From Pavona decussata (Eukaryota): a DNA stretch of 64,000 bases. This document shows positions 23,201-36,888 of the stretch, one piece after another. Location of the stretch: contig CDRNST010000339.1 of assembly GCA_977016875.1 (NCBI GenBank), forward strand, positions 682,001-746,000. Reading direction: 5' to 3'. Position numbers and translations under genes: made by a program. Each line of letters begins with the position of its first letter. Position 1 is the stretch's first letter. Below the pieces are notes generated by a model. That model saw nothing but the letters and a program-made list of their open reading frames with translations, ran no database searches and had not been told where the DNA came from.

Positions 23201-25725
23201 CGTCATCCGAGCCCGGTCCCTGGTGCTGGTGGTGCGAGGACGTTTTGTTCAACATCATCGACTTCTTCTTGTCCTTGCAGCGCTTATTTTGGAACCACAC
23301 ACGTATCACTCGAGGACTCAGTCCTGTCATCTCGACAAGCTGTTCTTTCATCATGGCATCTGGCCGCGGGTTCGCCGCGTAGCACGTTCGAAGCGTATGT
23401 AGTTGCTTTTCATTGAGCACGGTCCGTACCCTAGTCGTTTTCTCTGACGCTTTAACGCGCCGTGTCGGCGATCCTTCGGTCTGGCCGTTGGAGTGGGCTG
23501 CAAAGGCATTATTTTTGTCATCTTAAATTTAGCCTCACACTTGTGATACTTCACTCGCTATCGAACCTAATATTTCGAGGGTCGAAACAGTAATATTCGA
23601 GGCAAAGACTTCGAGAGTGATAATATAGGGCTGCGAAGTCTATAAATGGAATATCTGTCGAACGAAGAAAGCGGTACTATAACACCGATGTTCGTTTAAA
23701 CATCCTCAAGTTTAAGATTTTGTATTTTCCTGCGGAAATGCTTGTACTTTGCAGAAAGTGGAAAAAAAGCTAACCTCGGTCGAGGCAGAATTGTAGCAGC
23801 TTAACTCTTCCAGTTAGTTTTTAACTTCTAGCCGATCGAGACGTGATACAAGAGTATAGTGCTGCGTTCGAATCAAGCAATTTGTATCACGGTAGCTCTG
23901 CGATCGGAAATACATGTCAGAAGTGATCCAGAAGTACTTATCCATGTTGAACCTTATAATTGAGAAGCGAAGATATTACCAACAAACATTTCAATTTTTG
24001 AATTAAGCTACTAGCAAGCTATATTATTCTCGCAACGTATCTCCGTTAGATTGATCCGTGACACGACGCGATGGACGCCAAAAGTAAGCCAAGTTGCCCA
24101 GCTACGTGAGTGGCTTACAAATAAGGTGTAATAAAACTGAATCACCAACTCAGATTTAGCAACTAACAAATAGTCTCTCGTAAATTCGGGCAGTTAAAAA
24201 TCAGAGCATGATATCCTCGGAGTCAATCCGACTTGCTAATAGTGTTATCAACCCCAATTTGATTAGTTTCTGATACGTTTACTGACAAGACCTACCGCAT
24301 CGAAACAGAAAGATATGAGTGGAAACAAACCAACTCACCCGATGATTGAGACGAGGACCGTTGCGTTCCCCTAGCGTGAGCCGCTTGGGCTGTAGCAGTA
24401 GCCTTCTCCACAATTTCGTTGTCCTCTTTACAAAATAATCCGTCCTCTCGAAGCGCAAACTCGTCTCCTGGAACGAGCTGTCTGCTGCAAGCGATGCAGC
24501 GAAAGCAGTCTATGTGGTAGATTTGGCTCTTAGCTCTCATCACGAAATCATTTTTCGTCACCGACCGGGAACATTTGGCACACTTTGTCCCAAATAACCT
24601 GAGGAAGGAGAGAAAAATATCCATCAATAACCGGAAGGCAAACAATTGCAACGCGCTTTGCAAGAACGACTTTCGCAAATATATCTGTTTCTATCTTGGT
24701 CGAACCCGAGAAGTCATCCGTCAATGTAAATTTTACAATGTCCCCGGGCGCTATCTAGCTTAATTGTGCAGATTTTCTCGCGCCCCAAGGCTCTAAGGTT
24801 TGCAGAATTGCGATCGAAAGCGAAAGCTATATGGAAAACCACAAATCTAAATTGTACTCATAACCTCCTGCTTGTCGAGTTGGCAAACTTTCCCGCCTCG
24901 CTTGCCCACAATAAGAAAGAGGCGGAGTCAGGCTATAACTTGTGTGAACTAAATTTCCTGAACTCCAGCCACCGCGTAACCGTGTGAATTTCCTTCTAAT
25001 TAGCTTCCCTGAAAATCCATTGAACACATCGCAATCTGCAATGACTGGATTCGATCATACGCAGCGGGAGAAATCAGGGCAGCGAACTTGCGAGTAGCTT
25101 TACGCGATGGCTTTGCGAAGACAATGCCGTCATAACCATCAAACAACTGCTCTGTCTTCCTAATTAACAACATTGATTCCTTCGCCGGAATAATATGCTG
25201 TCAGTATTTGTAATAAGCAGGAGTAATCCTACGAGTAACACAGGATCATGCAGTTGTTGATCGCTTCGACAGACGGACAAATTGGATGTGTTTTGATCAT
25301 CAGTGATCTTTGATCGCTCGGCCGGGCTGCGCTAGCATCCTGATTTCTCAGCAGTAGACTGGGCTTCTTACCTAACGTAATCACGCTTGCAGTAGGTCTT
25401 TCCGTCTCGCACAAAACACGTACAAGTCTCGTCTAGATAAGTATGGCAATCGGCGCATTTGAGGCAGCCTGCATGCCATTCGAGGTCGGGAGCAACACGG
25501 AGGATGTACTGATCTTGAATCTGAGAGCCGCAACCGACACACATGGATATTCGACGCTTCTCTGCAACAGAAACACAAAACAAAACTTAAGAGCTCCTTG
25601 GTTTAAGCGTGACAGGAAATACTTCTGAGCGTCCAAGAGAGCCACGGCGCTGAGGTAAAGTTTATTTTGACGAACAGGGAATCACATCGAGTTAAGTACG
25701 TACGCTGTAGATCCTGATCGCTCAT
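20229..25725 (-). CDS. ISL1: Islet-class LIM-homeodomain transcription factor, 6 coding exons, 351 aa ([18 protein letters not shown]...[21 protein letters not shown])
   Basis: Exons 25704-25725, 25372-25561, 24339-24598, 23196-23497, 22120-22335 and 20229-20294 join in frame (22+190+260+302+216+66=1056 nt) with GT-AG introns of phases 1,2,1,0,0. The product has two LIM domains, the Islet homeodomain ([28 protein letters not shown]...[13 protein letters not shown]) and the YQPWKAL..FA...D.DQ..FQQLV.FSE motif. It is a single pro-ortholog of vertebrate ISL1/ISL2. Confidence 0.96.
22120..22335 (-). CDS. ISL1: Islet exon 5 (Ser/Pro-rich region and Lhx3-binding-domain-like/Islet C-terminal motif)
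   Basis: Acceptor gtgtcttgtag|AGT, donor CTG|GTAAGC; 72 codons, SPTGSS...[29 protein letters not shown], resembling vertebrate [26 protein letters not shown]. The frame differs from the ORF listed in the track. Confidence 0.92.
23196..23497 (-). CDS. ISL1: Islet exon 4 (homeodomain)
   Basis: Acceptor gcctttgcag|CC, donor CAG|GTAAAA; contains the full Islet homeodomain with WFQNKR. Confidence 0.97.
24339..24598 (-). CDS. ISL1: Islet exon 3 (LIM2 and linker)
   Basis: Acceptor ctccttcctcag|G, donor G|GTGAGT; encodes LFGTKCAKC...[33 protein letters not shown]. Confidence 0.97.
25372..25561 (-). CDS. ISL1: Islet exon 2 (LIM1)
   Basis: Acceptor ttttgtgtttctgttgcag|AG, donor AG|GTAAGA; encodes [32 protein letters not shown]...YCKRDYV. 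Confidence 0.97.
25704..25725 (-). CDS. ISL1: Islet coding exon 1 (MSDQDLQ + 1 nt)
   Basis: ATG at 25725, donor C|GTACGT at 25703. The phase-1 join with exon 2 restores Q-K-R-R-I-S-M-C. A short first exon is also seen in vertebrate ISL1. Not in the ORF track because it is too short. Confidence 0.8.
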
Positions 25726-25844
25726 CCCAGAGGAACTTCACAAGACACACTCGGTGATATCAACCAAAATGGGATTACTAAGTAAGCGACTCTGCCAGCT
25801 GACGAACCGAATACTTCAAAATTCCGATCTCTTTGAGGGAATCA

Positions 25845-25980
25845 TGTTATTGGTGCAGCCAGCTCGTGCCAAACCACGTGATCCCGGCTGTCATTGTCCG
25901 GCAGGTTATTGGCCGGAGGGTAAACCACCAATTTTACAAATTGGTGCCCAGTTGTGAATGCTAAAATCGCTATTGGACGC
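25845..25980 (-). promoter_or_regulatory. Probable Islet proximal promoter with multiple CCAAT (NF-Y) boxes and an E-box
   Basis: ATTGG at 25849, 25908, 25940 and 25972; CCAAT at 25928; CACGTG at 25875. All lie 120-250 bp upstream of the ATG. Confidence 0.6.
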
Positions 25981-28900
25981 CCACCTTTCAACACTTGTCA
26001 AACTTTGCGCGTTTTTTTAGATTAGAAACAGTGATAAACGCAGGTGGAAGACAAGAAACTAACCGCAGATGAATTATAGTACACTCGTTTTGAAACCTAG
26101 AGAACGGAACGCAGAAACCTGTGATTGCAATCTAGGAGCGAGGAGTCAGAAAAGAGACTAAAAGATCACGAATTCTAACCCGCCGCAAGCAACAACCTCC
26201 GAGCGGTTATTCAGAATGACAGCTGACTTTTGTGTTCAAAGTTTACCTGCACACGTGGAAATCAGTAAAGCAATATCTGCAAGCATTTGCCTCGAGTCAA
26301 GCGCGTGGATATTTGTCTCGGTATAGGTGAGATAATTTTTGCAAGATAAATTTCGCAAACAGAATTTATTCGGGCAAGGCTCGTCAGTTAAGAGAGCTCG
26401 CCTTTGAAATAGCACCGTGTTTATGCGCCGTCAACAACCGTGTCCACTGAGGGCCCAATGTGATGGCATTGTTCAATTTTCAATGCTTGGCGACGTAACA
26501 ACAAGCAAATTTGAATCAAAACAAAAGGGTAGATTTGGGGCTGGATCTCATTGAAACTTGAACACTTCGATATAATTAGCAGAAATTTGTGAAAAGAAGC
26601 AAACGAGATTTAACACGTTCGGGTTTGAAGCTCCGCCTCGTTGGTCGGTCATCGACCGGGCGGATGGCGTTGAGGTCGATAGCGCCTCTCGCTTCGGTGA
26701 AAAGAACCCTCGACCAAGTCCGCAATCCCAGACGAGCAGGGATGTTGAAAACTGGAGAGGTCATGATATTGACACAACTTGGAATGAAAAATATTTACTC
26801 GGGAAATTTTCTTTTGAATAGCAGAACAAAGTCGGCATTGAAAACATTTGCGGCCAACACAACATGAGATAATAGCTTTTGTTTTTCTTGTTCAACTTGG
26901 GGATTTAAAAACCCATTCAGCGTTGTCAAACATATCTTTTGATCGTCTGGCTACGATTCGAAGCTATTGTCGTAGCCAACCCAACTAATTCATATATTAA
27001 TTACCTGTCACATTCACTTGTCAAGCACCTCATTTACCAAAACCTAGTGCCCAGACCTCCTACTTGGAAGATGCGCTCTAATTTCCTGTCCCTAATGATG
27101 CGTAAATCTTAATCCGGATTGACCTGCCCTAAGCTACTCTCACGCTTATAGCATTTCCGATCCGTACGTCTTAACTGGAGAACAAAACTTCTAGAAGTGC
27201 GTACGGAAAAGAAATTGGCACAACACTGGCTTTGCACGTAAACAAATCACAGGAATCGTAACGAGACAATGACGCTGTGAAGAATTCAATAAGTTTCCTG
27301 AACGAAAAAAAAAATTCACTTGATTTTCGGCCGAGGAATTTAAATATTTTTTGCCGACGATTGAGCGCAGATTACGATCAAATAATTACGCCAAACACAA
27401 GCATGAAGACTAAAGCAATCAAAATGGAAACACAAAGTCAAACACGAATTTGTTACGGATGAACTCTTCACAAAAAGAGGTCGTTGTCAGAATTACTGAA
27501 ATTACAGTTTTCGCACCATCCTTGCTTCGTATCTTTCGTTGCCTTGGCGGGAGAATTTTTCGTAACCCCGCATCATTTGCGTAGAAACGTAACTTAATTG
27601 TAGTGTTGATGTTTCGTAGTGGCGCCTTTCTGGTGGCGCGGTAAAGAATACAGCCCGCAATCTCTTTTACTCGGAGTCAGATTTCTAGTCAAGTATTGTT
27701 CCGGCCTAGTTTCCGGCAAATTCAATTTACGGCTTCAACAAATTCTACCCGACGCCTTTATGAATGTATTTCTTTTTTGTCAAATTCGTACGATTTTAGC
27801 TTGTAAAACCATCATTATCTTTTCATTAAATCCGATCAACGTTTGGGTTAAAACACAAAGAGAGGAAAAAATAGTCCACTGATCGCTCTGTATTTTGCAA
27901 ACGTGTATTTTTCAACGGAGAAAATAATCGAAAGCTATGAGCCAAAAACAGGTGCGAGCGGCTCCATTATGTCTTCGCCAACGTGACGGAAAAAGAAAAT
28001 GCTGCAATTGAAAATTAAAATTAAATCTTTTCTCTTAGCAACACGGAGGCAGAATGCACGGAACTGCTTTGACACCCTGTTAGGAGCTAATTTTTTATTG
28101 TGCGTGGTCCATGAAGAAACCTACGTGTTAGATTCGGAACTATAATGTGCGTAACGATATCTCAATCTAGTGTACTTCGGAGAATAATCTTGACATTTCA
28201 AAATGTTGTAGATTTATGTAACACGTCCTCCAAGAACGATTTGCCTTTTGGTGCATAAATATATTCGTAATAGAAAATCAATAACAAACGGGCCTGTTAT
28301 TAGTAAAAATTGCTGAAAAATAAAAACATGCAACCAAAAATGTATTTCGGGTCGCAGACAAAATATCCCTCTATACTTTTTTTTTTGCGGAGAAGACAAG
28401 ATTTAAGCCAAGATAATTCATTAATCATATTTGTTGGATATTCCAATTATCATCCTGGAAAAAAAAAACGGAAAATGGCACCTTTTTTTCCTCACTCTTT
28501 CTCAGGTCATAAAATTTTTTTTTCGATAGTTGTAATATTACTGGCTTTGAATAATGGGCCACAAGCTTGCAAGCCAGCAAAAGAATATTATTCTTTGACA
28601 ATACTAAACATTCAGTCATCAAGGCGAATCTGAGGCACTTGCGGCAGCACAAGATGCGATAGTACTGTATTTATAAGCACAATATGCTTGGGGAAGACAA
28701 GAAATTCAAGCCAATTATCATTAGGCACAATATAGGCGACCATCGAAGAAAGATCGCTCCATGTTTTGAACAAATGTACACAAGACTGTGTAAACTTCAA
28801 CAATTATAATGATAGATTGAAAAATAGGACCATACGGTGCCATTCATTTGCAAGGTAAGCGCCTCTTGAAAACACAATTTAACCTTGGATCGAATCTTGA

Positions 28901-31900
28901 GTGAAATATAATTATGTATACAACATCTTCGCCAAAACAGCGCGCTTTAGGACGACCAAAACTCCCTTCTCGTTCAATTTTTCAACAAGAGCATTTTTCA
29001 AGGAAAATTAAACAACTCGGTAGTTTCAGAAAGATGACCATTTAGCAAGGGTTGACTTCGAAAAGAACTTGCCAATATGTTTGTTAATTAGCGTTGGCTT
29101 TGTTGTGCCTCAGCTGGCGGTAAAACAAAACAAAACAATCAACGTGTCAAAATGGCGGGAAAACAAGTGTCGAAGGTGAAGATAGATTGGCACCCAGTTG
29201 AATGGAAAATTTAGGATTTACAAGACGGAAGAGGCCATGGGGACAATCTCAAAAATCATGTTTGTACCAGAAGCTTTGGTCAAACCATAACTTAATTTTC
29301 TGTCTTATTTTCCTGTTGTGGCTCTATTTTTTTATATTGAGCGAGGAAATTGCACACAAAAGGCCAAAGAAAGAGAAACATCTGCTGCGAGAGGAGAACT
29401 ACGAAGACGACATTTCCAATACAATTAGCGATGAGAATATCATAGCTGGAGAAATCTCTACTGATTAAAAACATGAAAAGCTTAAATTTACGAGCAACAA
29501 CTTTATCGGAATCAGTCTTTTGGGGTCTTGTGTTTAGGAATAAAAAGATCATATGGTTTCATGCAGAAACTCCGTGGGAATTATTGCTTTAGGCAGCCAG
29601 CAATGGAAATAAAAAACAAACAGATTCTATTGTGAACAAGACTTCCTATTATTTCGCTTCGCTGTCTTTTTTTGTCTTTTCATCACAATAGAAGTCAAAG
29701 GAAAAGTACATTTACATTATATAGACTTAGGGCTTAAAACTAATGGAGCTTTTTTTGAAATAGAAATCTTCCTTAATGGCAACGAAACAGTAAATCCAAA
29801 ATAACAACTAATTACTAGAATTCGACTGACGGGAAGGGAGAGCATTAAGGGCTTTCCCAAAATATCCTTTTTCTAAAAGTACATATAATTGTTTAAATTT
29901 TCAGCTTACGATGAATTAGTTTGAACGTGATTTTAAAATGAATAGTCTAGAACGAATAAATATTTTAATTCTTGTAAAATAAGCAAAGATCAGCTCCTAT
30001 ATGATGTGCGTAATTAAACTAGGAAAATCTTTTTTCCATGTTGAGTAAAGGCTTGGGTGTAAAATTATCTATAATGAAAACCGAATCATTTCGATGATTT
30101 CTTGCTTATCTCATTTTTTTCTACGATACACCCCTCAGGCAATAAGACAATGAAATATTTTGCTAATTTGCATCACGAAATAGCCTATACATCCAAAGAT
30201 AACTCTATTTGTACGCTTACGTTTGATTTTACAAGTCCGATAATCCACGATTATTTAGCAGCTCTTGTAACGTTTACAAATCATCCAAAATTGAAAAATA
30301 ATTGACACTGAATGTAGTAAAATAAAAACAGATATAACAACACAACACGAGTGCCAGGCGGCGCAGAGATAATTCAGCAGCAGTACTGCTAAAAAGGAGT
30401 ATTTAATAGTGAAATGCTTGCGAAACTGGTTACGTTAGGGGTGTTGCTAGCCTTACTTCCTGCATGTATAAAATAATTTCAAACGTTTTAAAAAAAATTA
30501 TATGTATATACGAAAATTGTTCAGTTTATGGAATAACAAGAAAAAACAGAATCATCCCAAGGATCAAAATAAGCCACAGGCTATCCTGCAGGTTATGTGC
30601 ATGGTTAGAAAAAGTGCATACTGGAAAGCAACTACAAAAGAGTTTAAATTTAAAGAATTCATTTCCATTTTGACAAAAGCCGTGTTTATTGTTCAGAAAT
30701 ACAGCATGATTATCAGGCATATGAACATATATTCACATTAATTAACAATGGCTGGATACAATGTACATATTTTTTTGTGTATGACTGTGCTTTCGTTTCC
30801 TCGCAGATCATGCTGAAGTGGCGCTGAACAAGGTTTTAGAACACCACCTTGAAGCATAAAATATTCTAGAACCGATGCCGAATTTTAATTCCAGCACCTT
30901 CCTTCTCGATAAACAGATCACTTGAAAAACACACACAATACATCTCCTCAACAATAGTTTTTCTTGAAAATAGACTCAAACATGTTTTGGGCCTTACCAA
31001 CTCAAATGTCAGAAACAAAGTTAAAACTGAAAAAAATGTTATCTAAACCTAGTTGATGATCAGTTGATTATCGAGGAATTGTCAGAAATACCTTAGTTTA
31101 AAACTAAATATTTACATCTTCCTCCAGGTAAAATACAAATTAATCGTTTTCAATTTGAAACGATTTCAGTCTGACAAATCTTTAAATAAAACATGTTCGC
31201 TATGGCCAAGATTAGAGATACCAAGTTACGTGGGAGAGTCGCTGTAAAAGATTAATGCGTCCGGTGGGTTTAGTTATCAACCACAACCGCCCACTGACAA
31301 CTATTTTCTCCAAGTCAAGAAATCACATTGGTCTAAGCTTAATCGGCTATGTCCAAGATTTGTAGGGTGGCAGACTTTTTTTATTTATCCCAGTCGTTGC
31401 ATAAATAAAAAATGGAACTCAGATAGAATGGCTAGAATTTTTTAACTCGAAATTACGCAAACCTGACCTTGTAAAAAGTGATGAACAAACATAATTTGGC
31501 ATAAAACACACAGCTTCAGGGGATCTTATTAAAGTGATATTGAAATTATGAGTTATTTCACTTTTTTGACTCCACATTGTGAGAAAAATTGATTCCCAAA
31601 AACGTGACTACCAACTAAGCTTTGAAATAAATAAATAAATAAATATATAAAAAAAACTAAGTTGATACTTGCCCACATAGAGGTCATGGCAAAAAATATA
31701 AGAATACCGTTTCGTATTGGTGAAGAGGAATGTGCAATGTTATTTATCAACTCCAATAACACACTTTTTTTAGGAACGAAGGTTCAGCTGGGATTAAAAG
31801 TTCTTAATCTGTTGATGATTTGAGCCTGAAGACGTTCAAACAACGTTCTTAGGTCGCACGGTTAAGTATTTCTGTAAATCATTGTTCGACGTAATGTAAA

Positions 31901-32259
31901 TACAGATTGAATTTGTGTATGCTGGAGTTGCTATCTGATGACAACAACGTTCGTACGCATTTTTGCGTGCAAAATTCAAGACGTTTTTCATACTTAGTTC
32001 CTTTTTCCAGGCTCAAAACGCACTCCCAGAACAGAATATCGTACTCAGTGTATATAAACACAGTTAAGCACAGCAACCGCGATGCCATTAAGGTTTAAGA
32101 TGGTAATACCAGCCGAAAGTGTAGGGTAGACAGCGTTCTCGTGATCTTGCGATTGAAAATTTTGGCTAAGACGAAATTTAAATGAAACTCGACTAGCTGA
32201 CTAGTAAGATTTCTCTTTGCAATTAAGCACCTAGTGCAGCATTGAAAAAACTCCAGACA

Positions 32260-32487
32260 AGGTGCGTTCGATTGACCCTATTCCGGAATAGGAATACATA
32301 CAATGATTACAAGAAATCCACCATAAGAAGTTTTTAACTGAGTATGTAAAAGTCCAAAATGGCTCTTAAATTATCATGTGCCAGCGAAAGTTTGCAGAAC
32401 TGTCTTCCCAAAGTTACTTAAAAAGAGAAATCCTACAGCTGTTCCGCTTATTTTTGATTGCGGAATACGGTCAATAGAATGCAACCT
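32260..32487. mobile_element. MITE (Harbinger-like)
   Basis: TIR aggtgcgttcgattgaccctattccg / cggaatacggtcaatagaatgcaacct. Confidence 0.75.
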
Positions 32488-33024
32488 TAATTTTCCATAC
32501 TTTTTCCTGGCCTCAAAAAATAATTTGCAGATTTCCATACTTTTTCAAGAATTTTTAAATCCGCACGAATCCTATGAATGAGAGCTGTATGGGGGACATA
32601 TTATGAATTCTAGCATTTTGGGCTCTATTGGACTATACATGTGCATCTACTCACACCAAACCCTTACGTCTACTTTCCAAACCAAGAGGACAAAATAAAG
32701 ACGGTCTTATCAAATCTTGACTCAAATTGTTTTACAATTTTGGCCAATCTCAACCTCAACGTTCTGTAAAAAGGTTGTTATAATAAGAAAAGAGGGTACA
32801 AGTTTAAAAAATAACTGAAACTGCATGATGACCTCTGTTTGAATCAAATTGGGATTAGTACTGTAGACAACACCACCCGCAGTTATCAAAAATTTGAGTT
32901 GGCCTAGTGTACCGTGGAGCACGTTTTCCTGGAAAAGTCTACATTCAATGACAAGTTATAGGCTCTTCATGTATCATATGGACACCTCCATAATGCTAAG
33001 ATTCCCCACCCCCACCTCCCGCCC

Positions 33025-33420
33025 CCAAACAGGGAGAGGAGCTCCTTGGGTTTTTCGGTGGGGGTGTCTCCTCTGGTTCTCCAAACACTGCGAGTCTATT
33101 TCAGACCAAAACATGTCAGTTTTGATATCCGTCTCCAGACCTGGCGCTGTGCTGGTAAATCGAACTTCATCGCGGTTTATATCCTTCTTCCTTTTCTCTG
33201 TATATTTCGTTTGAAGCCAAAGAGGTAAATATGTTTATATAATCTCGCAGTTCCTTGGAAAAACCGTGTCCCATTCTTGACCAGAAGGCATTGACCATAT
33301 TCAATTTTAGATCTAAATGGTTCAAAAATCTGTTCCTGTTTTCAGACCACAATGGCTCCAAACCATACTCTTAGTTGGACAGATGCCTGTAGCTTACACA
33401 AGGAAGTACTACTGCCCCCC
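33025..33420. mobile_element. Decayed non-autonomous DNA transposon with repeated tttcagacca motifs
   Basis: Repeated ttcagacca/tccagacc/ttgacca motifs, G-rich start and C-rich end; resembles a common anthozoan repeat (recall). Confidence 0.45.
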
Positions 33421-35632
33421 ACTGGGTGTTCTCGTATTGCAACAACGTCCAAATTCAAAACAGAAAAAAAAATCTTAAGATCTTGTTTCTATATTTTCAA
33501 ATGTTTCTATCGCTCTAGCATTGAGTCTAAATTGTAAACGCGGTGAGCAATTGATAGATATGTGGGCTGCAAAAAATGGATCGATGTTCAGTTATAGTTG
33601 TTATAACCATTTTGTAAAATATCAAAAGGACAAAGGTATCACAGGCGACTATGAAGAAAACGACTACTCAATTTCGTTTGAATTTCATCAACACACTTAA
33701 AACAAGAACAACAGTGTCATGTAACAGTGGCTCGAGATTTGATTCTGGTACTGAAAAAGTCAAGTCTAGTTTGTGGTGACTGTTGGCAAAGTTTTGCGAG
33801 GCTAGTACTTGAGGATTGCTAAAGAGCTTGTCAGTATCATTAAGTATAATTCTTTCACCGGTATAAGCTACTAGGTATCAGATTTATCGGTAGCTGAGTC
33901 ATTTAGCTCCGGGCTACGCCATTTGCTGGCTATCTTTAAACTGATATGTTATCCTCGATTGCTGATTAGGGGATTAGTGTTTGATTATACAACTCGATTT
34001 ATCTTCCTGGAAGACAATCAAGGGCTGCAGTATCTGCTGTTCCTTACTTAATTAATGAGATTAACGTCGTATTTGTAATTGTTACTGAATCAAGAATCAT
34101 CTAGAAAAACACTTGTTAAAATCCAGTCACGTAGTGTGGGAAGAGTGTATGCTAATTCCTTAAAGAGTCTTCAAAAGATATTTTTTCAAACTTCATTTTG
34201 CCAGTCTAAAAAAAAGGCCAACAAATGAAATTGCAGTTGAGATATGTTTTCTACCCTCGAAGCTAAGGAGAAGCGAGAATATTACAAAACAGCTGAATAA
34301 AGTCAGCATCTAGGGATTACTTGCCTTCACAATGAGAGCGATCTTTGGCATGGTCAGCATTCAGCATAGCGCTATCCTGCATGATGGAAACCGACAACTA
34401 ACTTTCAACGCTTGCTCAGTTCCAACTTTCCAATTTGGAACGAACGGAAATCACGTACAGAACAGATGTTTTAACGACCACCTCAGTGAGGTATTGAATT
34501 TGACATTCCTCTTTATTAGGCATCCAATATTGAATGTTGGCGTAAGACTAAAATGTTGCAATCGTTGCATACACTTCAAAGCGTACAACGGCATTTCAAA
34601 ACTCTGCCCATTTTCTAATACGTTTTGAGACGGCTACCCCAATGTGCCTCGAGTCTATTCAATGCAGGAACCCTCACTATGGCACTTAAAAGCTCTTCTA
34701 GTCGGATGGCAAAGGGAAAACAGCGAAAGCTCTAATAATAGAGGGCAATATAAGCAGCTCTAATATGACCACAAGTATTTGGAATATCAGTCTTACAGAA
34801 CACTGTGGTCAATTCTTTAAAATTCATCGGTCCAAAATGGAATTCAACTTTAAATAAATAATATTCAAATCACGTTTGGTTACAAAAAGTAGCGTGGTAG
34901 GAAACGGCGTTATTAACTCAAATAAGTTACTTTATCCTTCGTTTGGTATCATTTTGCTCAAAATCTGTGGTAATCTACAACTATATATATTTCATATCTT
35001 TTCGGCCGCAGCCAAAATATATCTGTTTGTTTTGACTCGTATTTTGGAGCTTTGATAGAGATCAATAATATCTCAGATGGGAATTCTAAGAACAGATTTG
35101 GCATGCATGGGCCGTTTCAAATTGATTCTTACTAAAATCAGCTGTGCATACAATATACATCGTTCTTGAGTCGTTTTTTTTTTATTGTTGTTATTTTGCT
35201 GCCTAAAAATAGAAATAAAAATCACGTTTACCAAATGCAGGACAAGAAATTACTGTCCTGAAATAAGAGTTACATAATTCATGTAAAACGTAAAATTTTA
35301 ACAACTTGAACAATTTAGACTACAGGAGAGTAGATTTTCCTCTTGAAATTCATGGAGGGAAACTCAAATTGAATGGATTTCCACACGCAAGCCTCAAACC
35401 CTTTTCTGAAGCGTTAGATATGGAGACGAGACCGGTTAGTGTATGAATGATGAACCCGCAACACAAAAAAAGAAAAATACAATTTGGTTTCGCTGACCGC
35501 TGAGAGAAAATTAATTGCTATACCTAAGTCGATTTAACTGCTTAAACGTTTGTAAATTTGCGAAAGATACATAGTATTTCCAATGTTATTCCCTTATTTT
35601 CCAACTCTAAACAAATCATCGGACAAGACTTA

Positions 35633-35725
35633 CAGTACCATGCAAAGGAAAGTACTGCTTGATAACCTTCGTTTGAACGGTCACAATTGACAATATTCTA
35701 CTCAGGGTTAAAAGATAGAGAACCA
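35633..35725 (+). repeat. Single degenerate 106-bp repeat unit
   Basis: ggaaagtactgcttgataaccttcgtttgaacggtcaca. Confidence 0.6.
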
Positions 35726-36888
35726 CATCCAGTATTCAAGTATTGACTTCGATACCTTGCTAGCCGGTCAAGGTCGACAAACGACGGTAAAACAAGTTGT
35801 GGTTTTCGCTTCTCCGGCTGTGATGTGAACAAATTTAAAGCCAAAGAAAGCCTACCAATATCAAGGTTCATTTTTCACTTCGTATGTAACGATATGTTTC
35901 AGATGATTCTGTGGATTGACGTGTGCCGCTACTTTCCGTTTTCGACTCTAGAGCTCTTTCCTTTTGCGCATGACTGAGAATGGCTACTTTCCAGACCTCC
36001 AGGTCATGGCTTGCGCATGCTCCCCTGTTTGGAGTCCCCAGTACAAGCAAATTGCAGGCATCCTCGTACTAAAATCATCCCTATCGCGAGTTTAGAGTTC
36101 AATGAAGTTTGAAATCGTTCTATGACCACAAAATGTGCCATAGGTTTTTACATAGACTCAGAAAAACGAAAGGTATTGTTGTTCATTGTCAAAGTAGCGA
36201 ATATTGTGACCAGTAAACGGTTATTGAACTAGCTCATTGATTTGCGACCAGCTACAGTTATCGAGCTCATAGTCCAATTAATAGTTCCCCTCCGATTTCT
36301 CGAGCATTTCTACAAGTATCTTGTAATTTCTTTAAAGATCAAGTTCTATGATCTGTCGCTTCTCTACCTCCAAATCTTTGTGTTAACATTTCAGGACAAT
36401 TAGCAGGCAACAAAATGCTAAATCCAATACAACAATTCTTTCAGTGTATAGCCGTGATTATAACGAGAGAATGGTTAATGTTTAGGGCGCTATGTCGCCT
36501 ATTTTTATGATAGCTTTAAAAAGCTAGAGGTCATATTTGAATCAAAGGAAACCCGAAAATAGTTTTGATAATAATCTACTTGTTTACCTAAGCTATAAAT
36601 TAAATGTTTCTACTAAAGGATTACAGTCAGTGGCTAATATGAAAAAGGATTCCAACTTCGGTTCAGTTCAGTTCAGTTCACGTTATTCACACTTCGATAT
36701 TTTGTTAAATTTACAAAGTATTTCCTTAAGTTATAAAACAATAAAGAAGAAATGACGGAAATAAATGGCTTTAAGGGCAGTGTACAGTGGTTAGAGGAGA
36801 ATAGCTTTCGAGCTAACCACATTAAGTGCCATGGCTAGCAATGGAAAAATATTTTATGCACGTTACTTACTTTTGAGAGCTTACCAAA

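Noticed and set aside
25816-25845. Short upstream ORF (MIPSKRSEF*) before the Islet ATG
   Set aside because: Begins right beside a CCAAT box, so probably upstream of the TSS; cannot be judged without TSS data
26365-26390. CTGACGA on the minus strand as a hammerhead core
   Set aside because: No stem II pairing, and GAAT instead of GAAA
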